Virus record (IMG/VR): IMGVR_UViG_3300009503_000040
Location: 1-53,653 of that record
DNA length: 53,653 bases
Strand: one strand, 5' to 3'
Origin: a virus
Lineage: Duplodnaviria; Caudoviricetes
Of this stretch, positions 9,701-17,336 are shown piece after piece. Made by a program: the position numbers and the translations under genes. Numbering within the stretch: position 1 is the stretch's first letter; every line of letters begins with the position of its first letter. The notes below the pieces were generated by a model. It ran no database searches, was not told the origin of the DNA, and saw nothing but the letters and a program-made list of their open reading frames with translations.

Positions 9701-10690
9701 ACCTAAACTTTCAGCAATGTCTCCTCCTATTTTAGTTGCAACTGGCATTACCGCTGTAAACCCCATTACCGCAGGAATTGAAGATATAATCCCTTTAATT
9801 GCACCTGCTGCTTGTTCTCCTAATCCTCTGGCAGCTGTTTTTAACCCGGCCGGAATTTGTTCAGGTTCTTCTTCCGAAGGAATGGAATCCCAATATTTTG
9901 ATTTTACCTGATAGCCCTGTTCTTTATATATATTGGCTATTCCCGGGTCAGTAGTATTTGTTATTTCTTCCCCTCTGTCATTATAAATTGTATAAATATC
10001 TTTTACTTTTTCCTGCCCTGTAATTTGTCGAATTCCTTTACGAATATTTTCTCTTCCTTGATATATTTTTCTTAAAGCATCAGCAAGATTCTCTGGGACA
10101 CTTTTTATCCCTTCTTCTAATTTCTCAATATATCCGCTCAAATAAGATTGTGCTTTTCTGGGTGCTTCTTTAACAAATTTAGTATCTGGAACTGAATACA
10201 AATTAGATTGATTAATTTGTAGTGGTGTAAATCTCTTCTCTTTGCTTGCTTGAATAATATCTAATATACCAGTTGGTTCTATCACCTGCGAATTATCTTT
10301 TACTTGTGCTTGAGATATTAAATTCCCAATTACATTTTTTGACTTTTCTGCTCTATATGCTGAATCTTTTTGAGCATCTGTTTGGGAATCCATTCCTTTG
10401 GAAAAATTTTGCCTTAACCAATAATCCGCACTAAAAGGATCCTCTGCCTGTCCGCCTTCTTTTTGGTGGACTTGTCCGCCTTCTTTTTGGCGGAACTGTC
10501 CATTGTTTTTTTGTTCGTTAAGAATATTTTCAACATAATCTATACGTTTGCCTGTTTCTATTAATTTCTTCAGACCAGGACCAAAATTATTCTCTGTCTC
10601 TGTAATCGAATCTGGGAATCTCCCAAAGGGATGGATATCCACATTCCTTTGGAATAAGTCAAGATTTATTAATTTTTCTAATCCTGTCAT
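737..10690 (-). CDS. Giant polyvalent virion/ejection protein (KOW-like, ParB-like+HTH, LPD3-like, degenerate zincin, MuF_C-like domains)
   Basis: 3317-aa ORF at the end of the ejection cluster; PIIVW..VLAGHSRL ParB motif; VINKDTG..IFIG..KIDGKDFTVKI LPD3-like; TPLILVKLGAK..LHDPIMIFKS..IASVYSK MuF_C-like. Confidence 0.8.
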   Translation of the reverse strand: MTGLEKLINLDLFQRNVDIHPFGRFPDSITETENNFGPGLKKLIETGKRIDYVENILNEQKNNGQFRQKEGGQVHQKEGGQAEDPFSADYWLRQNFSKGMDSQTDAQKDSAYRAEKSKNVIGNLISQAQVKDNSQVIEPTGILDIIQASKEKRFTPLQINQSNLYSVPDTKFVKEAPRKAQSYLSGYIEKLEEGIKSVPENLADALRKIYQGRENIRKGIRQITGQEKVKDIYTIYNDRGEEITNTTDPGIANIYKEQGYQVKSKYWDSIPSEEEPEQIPAGLKTAARGLGEQAAGAIKGIISSIPAVMGFTAVMPVATKIGGDIAESLGYDRKKGEEITNIIVPFAFGPGVGIGSLLSSKGTEELQKAGAFDSLNPTDREIAKELVENGLFFGTILGIKGAKIKLDKTLEKKINEGLEEAFKNKTLVTPYQGLPIIPSERIPLSKTAEKVIESSKNLKGRTPEEEAIIQSKLEKLAPTSGELFFGEKPVPKEWIPKIREKEQIPIEKTTGVKGLLESDEIKNVRKLAEDIVKGKTKFTSEELQLQKNYPKLLEEEIKRIGGENAEGILGIHSFGRSNKGLLSEERTASEEGKGISSQDIQQKTPAETIERLSRSEREDAEKAKEILTTLPVQEVIKEAKNKLGKDFENEFNNYLKLPNNKARLNNAEDKELEKGLLLEDFARRTLAADLLGADVDSDLYGLAEQKLKLINAEERLKENVIGAESGKAVKIKFPEGVEKIFVMGEGSHKDPLAIAFRYLTDDLIKKGMDKEKAEEFAENYITSAAINEELDIGDFREGKFISSYYPKAESRESIPSEKELKTEIDEESATEEQSTEKTKPIPKETKTTEEKKPYEMTAEEWNNERERLRAETRQEKFTKRSGAEELARIKELTKLLYGVTDEARQKIEKASKGEIKLSEQELETYLNRLNTPVTHRDVVEKALKEGKKIPEEVLKDYPDLQKIKTETPSYPKEQVKPLEIIDEETYLAKNKAPFMGGAEPALHKNIQEGRGKQQAIKKVSEEMQRNNQRREELRKEYADKVAKGEIRPPTRIEKLVDIANGHPDLESTQAARRILEKQGVDWKNPDLQTKTEKKEPNINIGDRVKLRARYVSGHYIPDKFTEGEVLEITEFQDTPTAIVKVGNEEWIEPLDKLEKIEKFQRNGFPEKNVAELLYGEPKGKAENKKVIEPEIKKAINETVANKETAKEIENKFQETKFAEVKEIPIREIKTDESRFQNRAESYSEETARAIEKNYNPAAFDPIIVWKDPKDNNIYVLAGHSRLEGMKRRNAKTIPVKFFEGTEEEAINYAIIESNRKSTQENLLSDIKAYKRAKQQGYSKSKLLDIFKKESRIKLLDNLSYLNEEGEFIRALNSEAAKSYPYLERNASWVGELRKQFPQITDGHEQELFDYFYRDKLRNSFITKEEFFNKVEDRVTDITFKPNEKLALDKLESTGARARADTRDIQKKIDLLRARNRELTALSKGAPLEQKNLFQKEILANTEEIKKLENNISEIINNQFDIFEQLEKSINRGEIDEEIATQIITSGDAAELEKLAEDIESKTKAAGRISEEEIRQEINKTGQILYQKYIEYKDSPRDEIEIALLRAYNSFDHELPVREKLLTLERYTQKEEIQRALASFLNNFVERKRFENVNVFIRRAIKEKPELIKSYTYLKDKLNEAVRNRKKDGNLLLDYREKVLPIPKEWIPENKPEEASNPVLIRKTLPIEEIELTAEPTESYSIFDEGRSEIQLLQDRKRHLEYVIEEAKKKNDFETIQKAETELETINKKILKLKNKNVQYELFGGEQQSLFQKNTEEGKAEIYKKIINDKEIEYNNDLKELGFDINKDNWEKNRLKITHTVRKYYKKIHPKSVINKDTGKEIFIGRESEKKPFTHVGRYEQLVVNKNTPGILRDAIYIGELKNEKNIKGYDKFEYFLKSVKIDGKDFTVKISVGVDNTGKWHYDNSTLEINRNDLLYIVRLNNLSSQQAVSKFTIKDTNLRKLLQEIISAHENKLEQTGEAAQGLRRVSIPLEKVYVKMSDSEKKKFLEEIRKGINSEWLIGQKDLSKEQAKGLTDLIEKAIIFDPEKADITTAWEESFHASIITLAKPHLARNLLRENGWNGKGEIWDVANNPSLKEAHERLAKKYIEWREQQEKNPSEPRTRLERLFQLLRELWSKIAYYLNKLGFSFEAGYFYSLASGKIKKISKTESTFTKEEINTEVSLAQSNFNKKVDDLLNGKTTQPVIITNTPLILVKLGAKQLPITITKEVINKAITKDNLTLDLIKDLPKELHDPIMIFKSATMPNSYVIMTELRGEKGSVIAAIHLSRQEQNHIVNKIASVYSKERDKTFIEWIEKGLLRYYNKNKSQIWLQSRGLQLPKEVTKSGHTKILTEEDFVNDKLRQKISEIQGELYPKDLEYYLNRIEKIKNIFELKNWKKKHEAEIDELPAWDKEEIIYAWNKRHKDFTGQEGNWKTAEAKQKNKYENTKEAYKKYLPEASEIYDEGFRRYTDFSEKIKEKAGNISPDDILKLYREVIKAKLREYEKSKEETGTFVEPKTDITDKKAEEIKKEIEKYLINKNIPAETQEKILQTAEEIINNPKNRIGKHTKIKRLTYFGEKVKIMTLKYGAAGAELAQRMAKGNVIQGQLVDKYFQIVNKIKDIYDDIRSEEYGEQRIKEIEDKIINALEDRANYKEYLETDDEIKLYELYKMIYGDKDMNDGLYAEIKKAGYPVRTDYFPHIIRDGFIIDEIVSDPKDIIKTDVRGLNNFIYADSRYLKPREFDIEDIKRDLLSVTQNYIFSVAKALAYKDAVNYYYTDFKKDIPELLRKQGFSTAIEFMRSNLNPELPSKNLAAKFFRGIRSAEYMNFLTFSLKNAVQNYTQKDFARLYMTNEAVKLTDKIFYKLKTPTGNLLNAIHEASQETPRFLELTAEEANRSKILKINERIKNYEPFHLAEMTNWRYAELGGIIDYVTKQKAYKDLINKGMGEIEAINKVLEDKKMFDMAVRNGMDLAANSQISPTAAYRPSLFDKEIVRFFLMFRRFPITHLEHLSQTLFKSLEGAEGLRAQRILRRGLSEDVKTVEALRAVEYFRKAMDIMIDKIKNKKDYKDYEIGTIEEMRDWLKQQEKILNKTIEKLEPIKNKSEIIYHWSKYYAKMLMISTLFQFLYDIMDRMFKQIINGDDEEKRMQDLLKSGRLTEKQKRALITELAFKSIFDSMPLPAYGLNPANLMITPLIPKVEIFPYGNYSIFNERGIVRSITNYGLNIVPGLGLVDRVTGRVLSNKITDIISPKQERKNQIKMIPPGRGRVNERPGLGR
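5959..6087 (-). CDS. Possible nested out-of-frame small ORF (42 aa, MKKSPHKLSPAEMRQ...)
   Basis: GAGGGG 6 nt upstream of the ATG; locally raised GC; lies entirely inside the giant gene. Confidence 0.3.
   Translation of the reverse strand: MKKSPHKLSPAEMRQNSKNLLRILKARQKLLEELAKRKSDKK
8809..9000 (-). CDS. Probable nested out-of-frame small basic protein (63 aa)
   Basis: GGAGGTG SD at 9004-9010; MPKEY[WESIPSE]EAIRDYYLKKG...AKELAARTFNKRHP reads like a small phage protein once the 21-nt element is removed. Confidence 0.5.
   Translation of the reverse strand: MPKEYWESIPSEEAIRDYYLKKGLPARKAKELAARTFNKRHPLRPLNDYPEVREKMQKKQKKY
10451..10494. repeat. Tandem REP-like palindromes TCCGCC-N8-GGYGGA inside a CDS (24-bp period)
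   Basis: Two copies; they encode the QKEGGQ repeat. Confidence 0.8.
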
Positions 10691-11859
10691 TATTTCAATC
10701 CTTGATAAATTACACTATAGTATTTAAGAAAATCAGCTATTTCGCTTGCTTCTTCATCTGATAAATTGCCAGCTCGTGCATGTTTTATTGCCTCGTCTTT
10801 TAATTCCTTTGGTGATAATCTCCTCCCCCAAAGTTTTTCAATATTTTCAACAAATTCATAACTTCTCGGACCTAATGTTTGGAGCTTAACATTTTGCAAT
10901 GCGTTTTCTTGACGATACTTTTTCTCAGTTTCACTTATTTTCATCGGAACACCAGCCGGGTCTAATTTATATTGCCCTGTTGTTTCATCTCTTACATAAT
11001 TCCCTTTATCATCAACTGCAAATTTCAACACATTGCCATATTCATCTGTTACATATTCGTTTGGATTGATTATATCTGCTATCAATTTTGATGTAGCAGG
11101 CGATAATGATTTTGATTTTTCTTTTTTATCTTTTTCCGAATTATCATCTGATTTAAATTGCCACTCTTTTTCTGGTGCTCTTAAATTTGTCCTTACGAAT
11201 TGCTTCTTTTCAAAGTCCCATTGATAGATATATCCATCTGCCCCGACTTTCGTAAATGGATTTTGTTCTTTTTGTTCATAAGGCTGTCCTTCAGCAATTT
11301 TAATTGGTTCGGTCCCTGGATATTGAATAAATCTCGACTCGCCTCTGCCAAGATTAAATGCTTCAGGCTGTTGTGGTTTTAAACTTTCCGCTCTTTGACT
11401 TAACAGATTCCCAAGTAAATTAATTTTTGCTGCTTTATTTTCATCTATATTCTTATTTAATAAAATTGGCAAAACATTTTCTTGAAATTCACCTAATATA
11501 TTTTTTGCTCTTTTGTATCTTTCTATGTTCGGGATAGATATTGTTTTATCACCAATTTTTATCTGTGTTGGCGGTATGTAATCCCCTAAAATATAATCAC
11601 CTGGAGATTCCATATTAATTTTATCTTTTCCTAATTGTATTTCTTCTCCAACAGATTTGCCTGGCACATATCTAATATCATTTGGATCAAATCCTTCAGA
11701 AATTTGTTTTTGTTTTGCAATCGCTTCGTTATACACATTTAATAAATTATTATAAAAATCCCTTTCTTCCTTTTGCCTTCTTAATTGGTCAAATACATTT
11801 AATACATCATTTAATGCCTGGCGTCCATATTTATAATAACTTGTTGAATATCGTGCCAT
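10690..11859 (-). CDS. Putative DNA ejection/internal virion protein
   Basis: 389 aa; coupled to the giant gene; position typical of the podovirus ejection trio. Confidence 0.55.
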   Translation of the reverse strand: MARYSTSYYKYGRQALNDVLNVFDQLRRQKEERDFYNNLLNVYNEAIAKQKQISEGFDPNDIRYVPGKSVGEEIQLGKDKINMESPGDYILGDYIPPTQIKIGDKTISIPNIERYKRAKNILGEFQENVLPILLNKNIDENKAAKINLLGNLLSQRAESLKPQQPEAFNLGRGESRFIQYPGTEPIKIAEGQPYEQKEQNPFTKVGADGYIYQWDFEKKQFVRTNLRAPEKEWQFKSDDNSEKDKKEKSKSLSPATSKLIADIINPNEYVTDEYGNVLKFAVDDKGNYVRDETTGQYKLDPAGVPMKISETEKKYRQENALQNVKLQTLGPRSYEFVENIEKLWGRRLSPKELKDEAIKHARAGNLSDEEASEIADFLKYYSVIYQGLK

Positions 11860-11860
11860 T

Positions 11861-12493
11861 TTAACCTCCTAATAATAAACCGAGTAAAGAAACACCGCTT
11901 GAACCGCCGCTTACTGGTATGCTTGCAATTTGTGCTGCAGTCCCTAATCCAGCAAATAAATCATCAAGCCATGTCCCGCTGTCTAATGCACCAAGTAAAT
12001 TCTGCTGCTGACCATATCCAGTGCTTAATCCGCTTAATAAATTTCTCATATTAGATAAATCAACATTAGAAGCAAGCTGAGTTTGATTTAATTTATTTTG
12101 ATTAACATATTTCATTAAATCTGATAATGATGAAGCTTCATTTATTCCTAATTGCCCAAGAACATTATATTTGTTTTTATTTATATTGCTTGCAATATTG
12201 CTCAATGTATCATTAACAACAGAACCGCCTGTAATCCCTCGAGATGCTAAAGATGATACTGCCCCTTGCTGCTGTTGTGCAATATCTTCTGCAATGTTTC
12301 TTTTTAATATGTTTTCTTGACCAGAAAAAATTTCATCTAATTTTTTTGATATATCTTCATATCCAAAAGGCTCTGCATAATTTTGAAATCTATTCAGCAC
12401 ATTATATTTGCCGCTCTGTAAATCTTTAGTAAAATTTTGTAATTGCTCTAATTGTCTTTGTGCTTCAGCTTCTTGTCTTGATTGACCTGCCAT
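11861..12493 (-). CDS. Putative DNA transfer/ejection protein
   Basis: Q/N/G/S-rich helical protein, SLASRGITGGS motif, G/L-rich hydrophobic C-terminus. Confidence 0.6.
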   Translation of the reverse strand: MAGQSRQEAEAQRQLEQLQNFTKDLQSGKYNVLNRFQNYAEPFGYEDISKKLDEIFSGQENILKRNIAEDIAQQQQGAVSSLASRGITGGSVVNDTLSNIASNINKNKYNVLGQLGINEASSLSDLMKYVNQNKLNQTQLASNVDLSNMRNLLSGLSTGYGQQQNLLGALDSGTWLDDLFAGLGTAAQIASIPVSGGSSGVSLLGLLLGG

Positions 12494-12504
12494 ATTTCAC
12501 CTCC

Positions 12505-12540
12505 ATTCGCCTTTGGCGAATCCATTCGCCTTTGGCGAAT
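12505..12540. repeat. Tandem REP-like palindromes ATTCGCCTTTGGCGAAT x2
   Basis: 12505-12521 and 12524-12540, intergenic. Confidence 0.9.
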
Positions 12541-12911
12541 TAATAATAATTTTTTTCCAATATTTTGTGATTTTCAAATACTTCATAAAACCCAATTTTC
12601 TTAAATAATCCTGCATTCTTATCATTTGCGTAACATCTTATTATCTTTATACCTGCTTCTTTTATTTTATTTTCTATCCAGTCAAAAAGTTTTTTCCCAA
12701 TCATTGGATTTTCACTGACAAACGGTTCTATCATTAATACATATCTTAAATTAGCAATAGCTTTAATCTCTCCATTATTATCTTCGGCAATTATTATTTT
12801 CCCTTCTTCAGGGACAAACAATCCATACTTTTCAGAAAACTCTTTAATCTTACTGCTGTCATTTTCTAAAATGTAGTCTCTTATTTTTGGGAATCCATTC
12901 CTTTGGAACAT
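12540..12911 (-). CDS. GNAT-fold protein (podovirus tail/ejection-associated)
   Basis: GKKLF..GIKIIRCY..GLFKKIGF motif; start taken at ATG 12911 (the ORF track starts at 12932, overlapping the upstream gene). Confidence 0.65.
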   Translation of the reverse strand: MFQRNGFPKIRDYILENDSSKIKEFSEKYGLFVPEEGKIIIAEDNNGEIKAIANLRYVLMIEPFVSENPMIGKKLFDWIENKIKEAGIKIIRCYANDKNAGLFKKIGFYEVFENHKILEKNYY

Positions 12912-12919
12912 TCTTTTTA

Positions 12920-14362
12920 TTATATATCCCATTTATTTAATAATATATTTTCTATTGTTTGAACATCACTTAAACTAAGAGCAGAATTAAAAACTATTAC
13001 TTCATATAAACCGCCATTTAAATATTGTGAAGTAACAAAACCGCTAATAGTTATTTTATTAAGAGTAATAGTCCCAACATCCATTGCCATTTGATTCACT
13101 TCATTTTGTCCATTGAGTCTTGCGAATATTTGTGTCCCGTTAAAAACCCATGTAACTAAATACAATTTATTTATTTGTAATGTAGTCATTCCCGTTGCTG
13201 TAACATTAGACCCTGCGTCATCTCTTCTAAAGCACATAATTTTATCATGAGAACTTCCTCCATTGGCGTAAAAATTCATTAATGGAGTTGTTGATGAGCC
13301 TCTTATAGAAAATAAAACAGTATTGCCGCTTGGTAAAGAATATGGTCTGAAAACATAAAAAAGTGTAATCGGTTTATCCGAACCTGAAAATTGTGAATAT
13401 AAGTTTGAATTAACCATTAACATTGAATTGTTAATAAATTTTACAAATGGGAATGCTGCTCCATTTCTAATTTCATAGGCAGGAAGAGGAAAAACAGAAG
13501 TGCTTGAATCAAGAATTAAATTATTATTATTTCCTGATTTATCATTATAAAATCCTTCTTGATGTAAACTGTCCCACCAAGCTGTTGGAGAAAGTGACTG
13601 TATTGTGCTGTCATCAATAAATTTTCCGAAAGTAATCCCTCTTGGCTGCGGTTTCCATAAAGAAAGTGTGCTGTCATAAACCAAAACTTTACCATTAGAT
13701 AATCCCTCTAAGTCTACATCATTCAATTCAGCGATAGAGCCTGCTCCTCCGCTTTCTGCTGTCCTCCATTCAGTATCGTAATCATTATTTGATTTTTTAG
13801 TTAAAACCTGCCCTGTTATTCCGCCTGCTGGAATTCCTATTCCATCTAAACCATCTTCACCATTTGCACCATTATAAACTGTAAAAGTCCCTAAATTGAT
13901 TGTTTCATCTGCATCACCCCAGACTGTATATGTATCTGTCTCTCCTGGTTCGTTTGGTAATCCTGAAACTGCTGTTGTTGAAGTAAACTCAATGTGGTCT
14001 ATCCCCTGTCCATCAATACCGTCTGAGCCCGCTGCTCCTTGCGGTCCTGTAATCTCATTTAATGCAACAAGGTCATGCCATTCTATTTCGTTCTTGTATC
14101 TCCATTGAATATGTGTGGCTGATTTTTGAAGTTCTATTTCTCTTGCATTAGAAATACCTCCTCCTAAAAGATGATATTCTCCATCCGAGAGTTTGATATA
14201 TTCCTTTACAACTCCATCTTCTTTCACTAAAAATCTTGCACCGACTGGCATCAAATTTTTTGGCGGCAGTTCACTTGTTTCTATACCGATTCCTTTTTCT
14301 ATTTCAGAAATCATTTGAAACAATTCACGGGATAAATATTTTGAATACTTTTTCAAATCCAT
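12920..14362 (-). CDS. Tail fibre protein with collagen-like segments and a C-terminal LamG/ConA-like domain
   Basis: GPQGAAGSDG, GGITGQVLTKKSNNDYDTEW, LNGGLYEVIVFNSALS motifs; likely start MDLKKY. Confidence 0.75.
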   Translation of the reverse strand: MDLKKYSKYLSRELFQMISEIEKGIGIETSELPPKNLMPVGARFLVKEDGVVKEYIKLSDGEYHLLGGGISNAREIELQKSATHIQWRYKNEIEWHDLVALNEITGPQGAAGSDGIDGQGIDHIEFTSTTAVSGLPNEPGETDTYTVWGDADETINLGTFTVYNGANGEDGLDGIGIPAGGITGQVLTKKSNNDYDTEWRTAESGGAGSIAELNDVDLEGLSNGKVLVYDSTLSLWKPQPRGITFGKFIDDSTIQSLSPTAWWDSLHQEGFYNDKSGNNNNLILDSSTSVFPLPAYEIRNGAAFPFVKFINNSMLMVNSNLYSQFSGSDKPITLFYVFRPYSLPSGNTVLFSIRGSSTTPLMNFYANGGSSHDKIMCFRRDDAGSNVTATGMTTLQINKLYLVTWVFNGTQIFARLNGQNEVNQMAMDVGTITLNKITISGFVTSQYLNGGLYEVIVFNSALSLSDVQTIENILLNKWDI

Positions 14363-14363
14363 T

Positions 14364-15815
14364 TTAACTTCCCACAATCACTTTAATTGTATAAACTACT
14401 TTTAAAATTTTGCCATTATCTACATTTATTGGCGAGCCTAAAACATTTCTTGCAAGAAGAAATAAAAATGCTTGATAAAATGAACTATCTCCTAAGTTTG
14501 TTCGATCTGATGAAGCTCCCGTAATTCCATATTCTTTTACTTGAATTGTATTCCCCGAATTATTTTCAAATGCTTTAACGATATTAAATTGTGCATAATT
14601 TGAACCTATTTCAAAATCTTCTGCAAATCCGCCGTAGTAAAGCATCTGATTAGTTGATTTGCCGTGTTGTATTAAACTTCCTAAATTATAATCACCCATT
14701 GATACGGGTGTGTCGCTCATTCCAATCAATATTCCTTGTTTCCATGCTGATTCATTTTCATAATTTGGATATAGTTTTACTTCACCTCCGCTGTTAATTG
14801 CACTGAATGAAGTAAAATCTGGATAATGTGCTCTTGATACATTATTAATATCAATAATTGCTCTTAATGTTTGCCCTGCATGCCTATACAATAATCTCAT
14901 AAATGGGACTAAAAACCCGCCTGCATCAGTGCCTGAATTCAATGTAGTTTTGATTCTATAATTAACTGTCAATGTTTTGCCTGGATTAACATTTACTCCG
15001 CCTGATATTAAATCCCTCATAACCAAAAGATTATAAGAAGAAGTCCCTGCCCTCATACACAACCCAATTTCATTAACCTGAACTGTAATCGATGAATTGT
15101 TTGTAAATGTCCTCGTAAATGTTATTTGAACAGAAGCAGAATCATTCGTGTCTTGTGATACAATTGAACTGTTATATATTAATCCCCCGTTTGCTGAAGT
15201 CGAAGGTATTTGTTTTTCTAATAGATTATCATCAATTGTTACAGGTGAGGTCCCAGTCCCAATAATAATACCAGAATTTGCAAAAGAATTATAAGAAGGA
15301 TTTCCTAAATTTGTTACAGGAATATATATAGCAACTCCTCCTGTTCCCGTAGTCCATCCACTGCTGTATGTTGTTCCTTCAAGTTCAATAATTGAATCAC
15401 TTATTCTTGTCCAGTCATATCTGCCGTCAATATTAACTCCCTGAAATCCCCCTAATGTAATTTTACCTGATGTCTGACCGCTTAATATAGATGTTGTAAA
15501 TGTTATTCTTATTTTATTACTTGTTCCTGCCGATAGTGAAGAAATACCAGGACTCCCGCCTGCAGTTATAGTAGTAAGTAATCTGTAAAAAGTCCCTCCC
15601 ATTACATTGTTTCTTGTATCTCTTCCCATCTGTAAATAAAGTATTCTCAAAAAATTTGCTAATATAGAATCCCCTTTCTTTGTCAATACATGTTTTTTTC
15701 CATTCTTATCTGTTAAAAACAAATCAAGATATATATCAAGGTCACCACCGTTAATTAATAGTTCTTTTCTGATAACCTTTTGTTCTTTTTCTTCAAATAA
15801 TTTTATTGCTTCCAT
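14364..15815 (-). CDS. Virion structural protein with an internal tandem domain duplication
   Basis: Two homologous halves (GIIIGTGTSPV/GILIGMSDTPV; FTNNSSITVQVNEIGL/FENNSGNTIQVKEYGI). Confidence 0.65.
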   Translation of the reverse strand: MEAIKLFEEKEQKVIRKELLINGGDLDIYLDLFLTDKNGKKHVLTKKGDSILANFLRILYLQMGRDTRNNVMGGTFYRLLTTITAGGSPGISSLSAGTSNKIRITFTTSILSGQTSGKITLGGFQGVNIDGRYDWTRISDSIIELEGTTYSSGWTTGTGGVAIYIPVTNLGNPSYNSFANSGIIIGTGTSPVTIDDNLLEKQIPSTSANGGLIYNSSIVSQDTNDSASVQITFTRTFTNNSSITVQVNEIGLCMRAGTSSYNLLVMRDLISGGVNVNPGKTLTVNYRIKTTLNSGTDAGGFLVPFMRLLYRHAGQTLRAIIDINNVSRAHYPDFTSFSAINSGGEVKLYPNYENESAWKQGILIGMSDTPVSMGDYNLGSLIQHGKSTNQMLYYGGFAEDFEIGSNYAQFNIVKAFENNSGNTIQVKEYGITGASSDRTNLGDSSFYQAFLFLLARNVLGSPINVDNGKILKVVYTIKVIVGS

Positions 15816-15851
15816 ATTTACCCCTTTTTATTAAGCCTGCTTGTAGAATGC

Positions 15852-15920
15852 AATAAAAAAAGCCAATACCAGTAGCTATGCAGACCGGTATCGGCTCTTT
15901 ATTATCAGATAACCGATTTA
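15852..15920 (-). terminator. Leader+terminator element, copy 1
   Basis: AGCCGATACCGGT/ACTGGTATTGGCT stem with G-U pairs plus U-tract; leader homologous to the copies at 30455 and 31140. Confidence 0.8.
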
Positions 15921-15947
15921 ATAATTCATCCCGCCTTACGGGATAAA

Positions 15948-16877
15948 TTAAGGTGTTACATTATAATCAAATTCACTCTCAATTTTATTATTAATGCCAC
16001 GACTTATTATATCTTTAACCTGTGAATTTATTATTGAATTAATATTTTCTAAATCAAAATCAGGTTCAATCGTATTTAACATTTCTGTTTCATTTAAGAA
16101 ATTAATTGCATTCAGCAAATTTTTATTTCTTAATTCTTGTTTAAATTCATATCCCAAATTATTTGATTGCAATGTTATCTCTTTCCCTGTAGTAAATTGC
16201 AATATTTCAGAACTTATTTCTTCTTTTGTAAGCTCACTTATTGAATATATTTTACAATAATAAATTTCTTCTAAATTTAATCCTTGTAGGATTATTTTAT
16301 GATAATATTCATATTCATTAATAAAAACTTCTTGGTTAAGATTATCTTGTGATATCCCGTATTTTACTTTGCTCGTAGCTTTATGAGTAGTAGCCCATGT
16401 TACTGTTGCTTGATTTGCCTTCAAATCTCCAACTAATGGTATCTTTATTTCAAATGGAGTATAAACAATATTAAATGATGGAGGCGGAGGCTGTAATTCT
16501 GCTTCTCCATAAAGCAATAATGAACTTCCTGCAAATTTCCCTATTGCTATCTCTTTAACCGAAACTTTCAAAGATGTTAACTCAAATTCTTTTACCCAGC
16601 CGAATATTCTAATATAAAATTCAATTACTGTTAACCCAGCAGGTAGTTTTTGATAAAATCTTTTTTCATCTTTCTTTATTTTATATGTTATAGATTCCCA
16701 TTCTAAATGCTCATTTCTTTTATAATATACTGTTGCATAAACTTCGTCATCGGTTTCCACATTATATACCCCAGAAATATATCCCAATACAATTCTTCTG
16801 TTTGAATAAGAATTTTTATCAACACTGTAAATAGAAGAATCAAATGATATTTCTATATGTTCTCCGTTATCCAACAT
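15948..16877 (-). CDS. Structural protein with FN3-like (purple acid phosphatase N-terminal type) domain
   Basis: ATVTWAT..ATSKVKYG..HKIILQGL..YYCKIYS..FTT signature. Confidence 0.65.
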   Translation of the reverse strand: MLDNGEHIEISFDSSIYSVDKNSYSNRRIVLGYISGVYNVETDDEVYATVYYKRNEHLEWESITYKIKKDEKRFYQKLPAGLTVIEFYIRIFGWVKEFELTSLKVSVKEIAIGKFAGSSLLLYGEAELQPPPPSFNIVYTPFEIKIPLVGDLKANQATVTWATTHKATSKVKYGISQDNLNQEVFINEYEYYHKIILQGLNLEEIYYCKIYSISELTKEEISSEILQFTTGKEITLQSNNLGYEFKQELRNKNLLNAINFLNETEMLNTIEPDFDLENINSIINSQVKDIISRGINNKIESEFDYNVTP

Positions 16878-16878
16878 T

Positions 16879-17334
16879 TTACAGCTTTATCAAATTTAAT
16901 TTAATTGTTAAGAATATTATTATTAATAAAAATACAAATGCAATAATTCCAATCGTTGCATAACCAATTTTTTCTGTAGTTGTTGTTTGTTTTTTTTCAA
17001 CAATATTTGTTGTGTCAGTTATTATTGTATCAATTTTATGTTCTTTTATATCCAGCTCAATGAACTTCTTCTTTGGATAATATTTTACATTTGCTTTTAC
17101 TTTGCCTTTTGATGTCATAATTTCTTTTTCTCCTTCTATTCTTGAAGAATCAGAAAGTTGACTAAATATATTTTCTAATGTATCAGCCAATGACTTTGGT
17201 ATTTCTTTATAAGTTACAGGCAATGAATCTTTAATCTCTGGAACAGTTATTTCAATTCTTCTGTCTTTAATAATAGTTTCTGACGAAGAACAACCCACAA
17301 TTAAACAAAACAATATGTATAATAACCTCTTCAT
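16879..17334 (-). CDS. Putative unimolecular spanin
   Basis: N-terminal lipobox LIVG-C, C-terminal TM helix, directly after the endolysin. Confidence 0.65.
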   Translation of the reverse strand: MKRLLYILFCLIVGCSSSETIIKDRRIEITVPEIKDSLPVTYKEIPKSLADTLENIFSQLSDSSRIEGEKEIMTSKGKVKANVKYYPKKKFIELDIKEHKIDTIITDTTNIVEKKQTTTTEKIGYATIGIIAFVFLLIIIFLTIKLNLIKL

Positions 17335-17336
17335 TC

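Noticed and set aside
737-10690. Virion RNA polymerase (N4/crAss-like) with hairpin promoters
   Set aside because: No DxDxD or T7-like polymerase motifs recognised; domain content is of the polyvalent type
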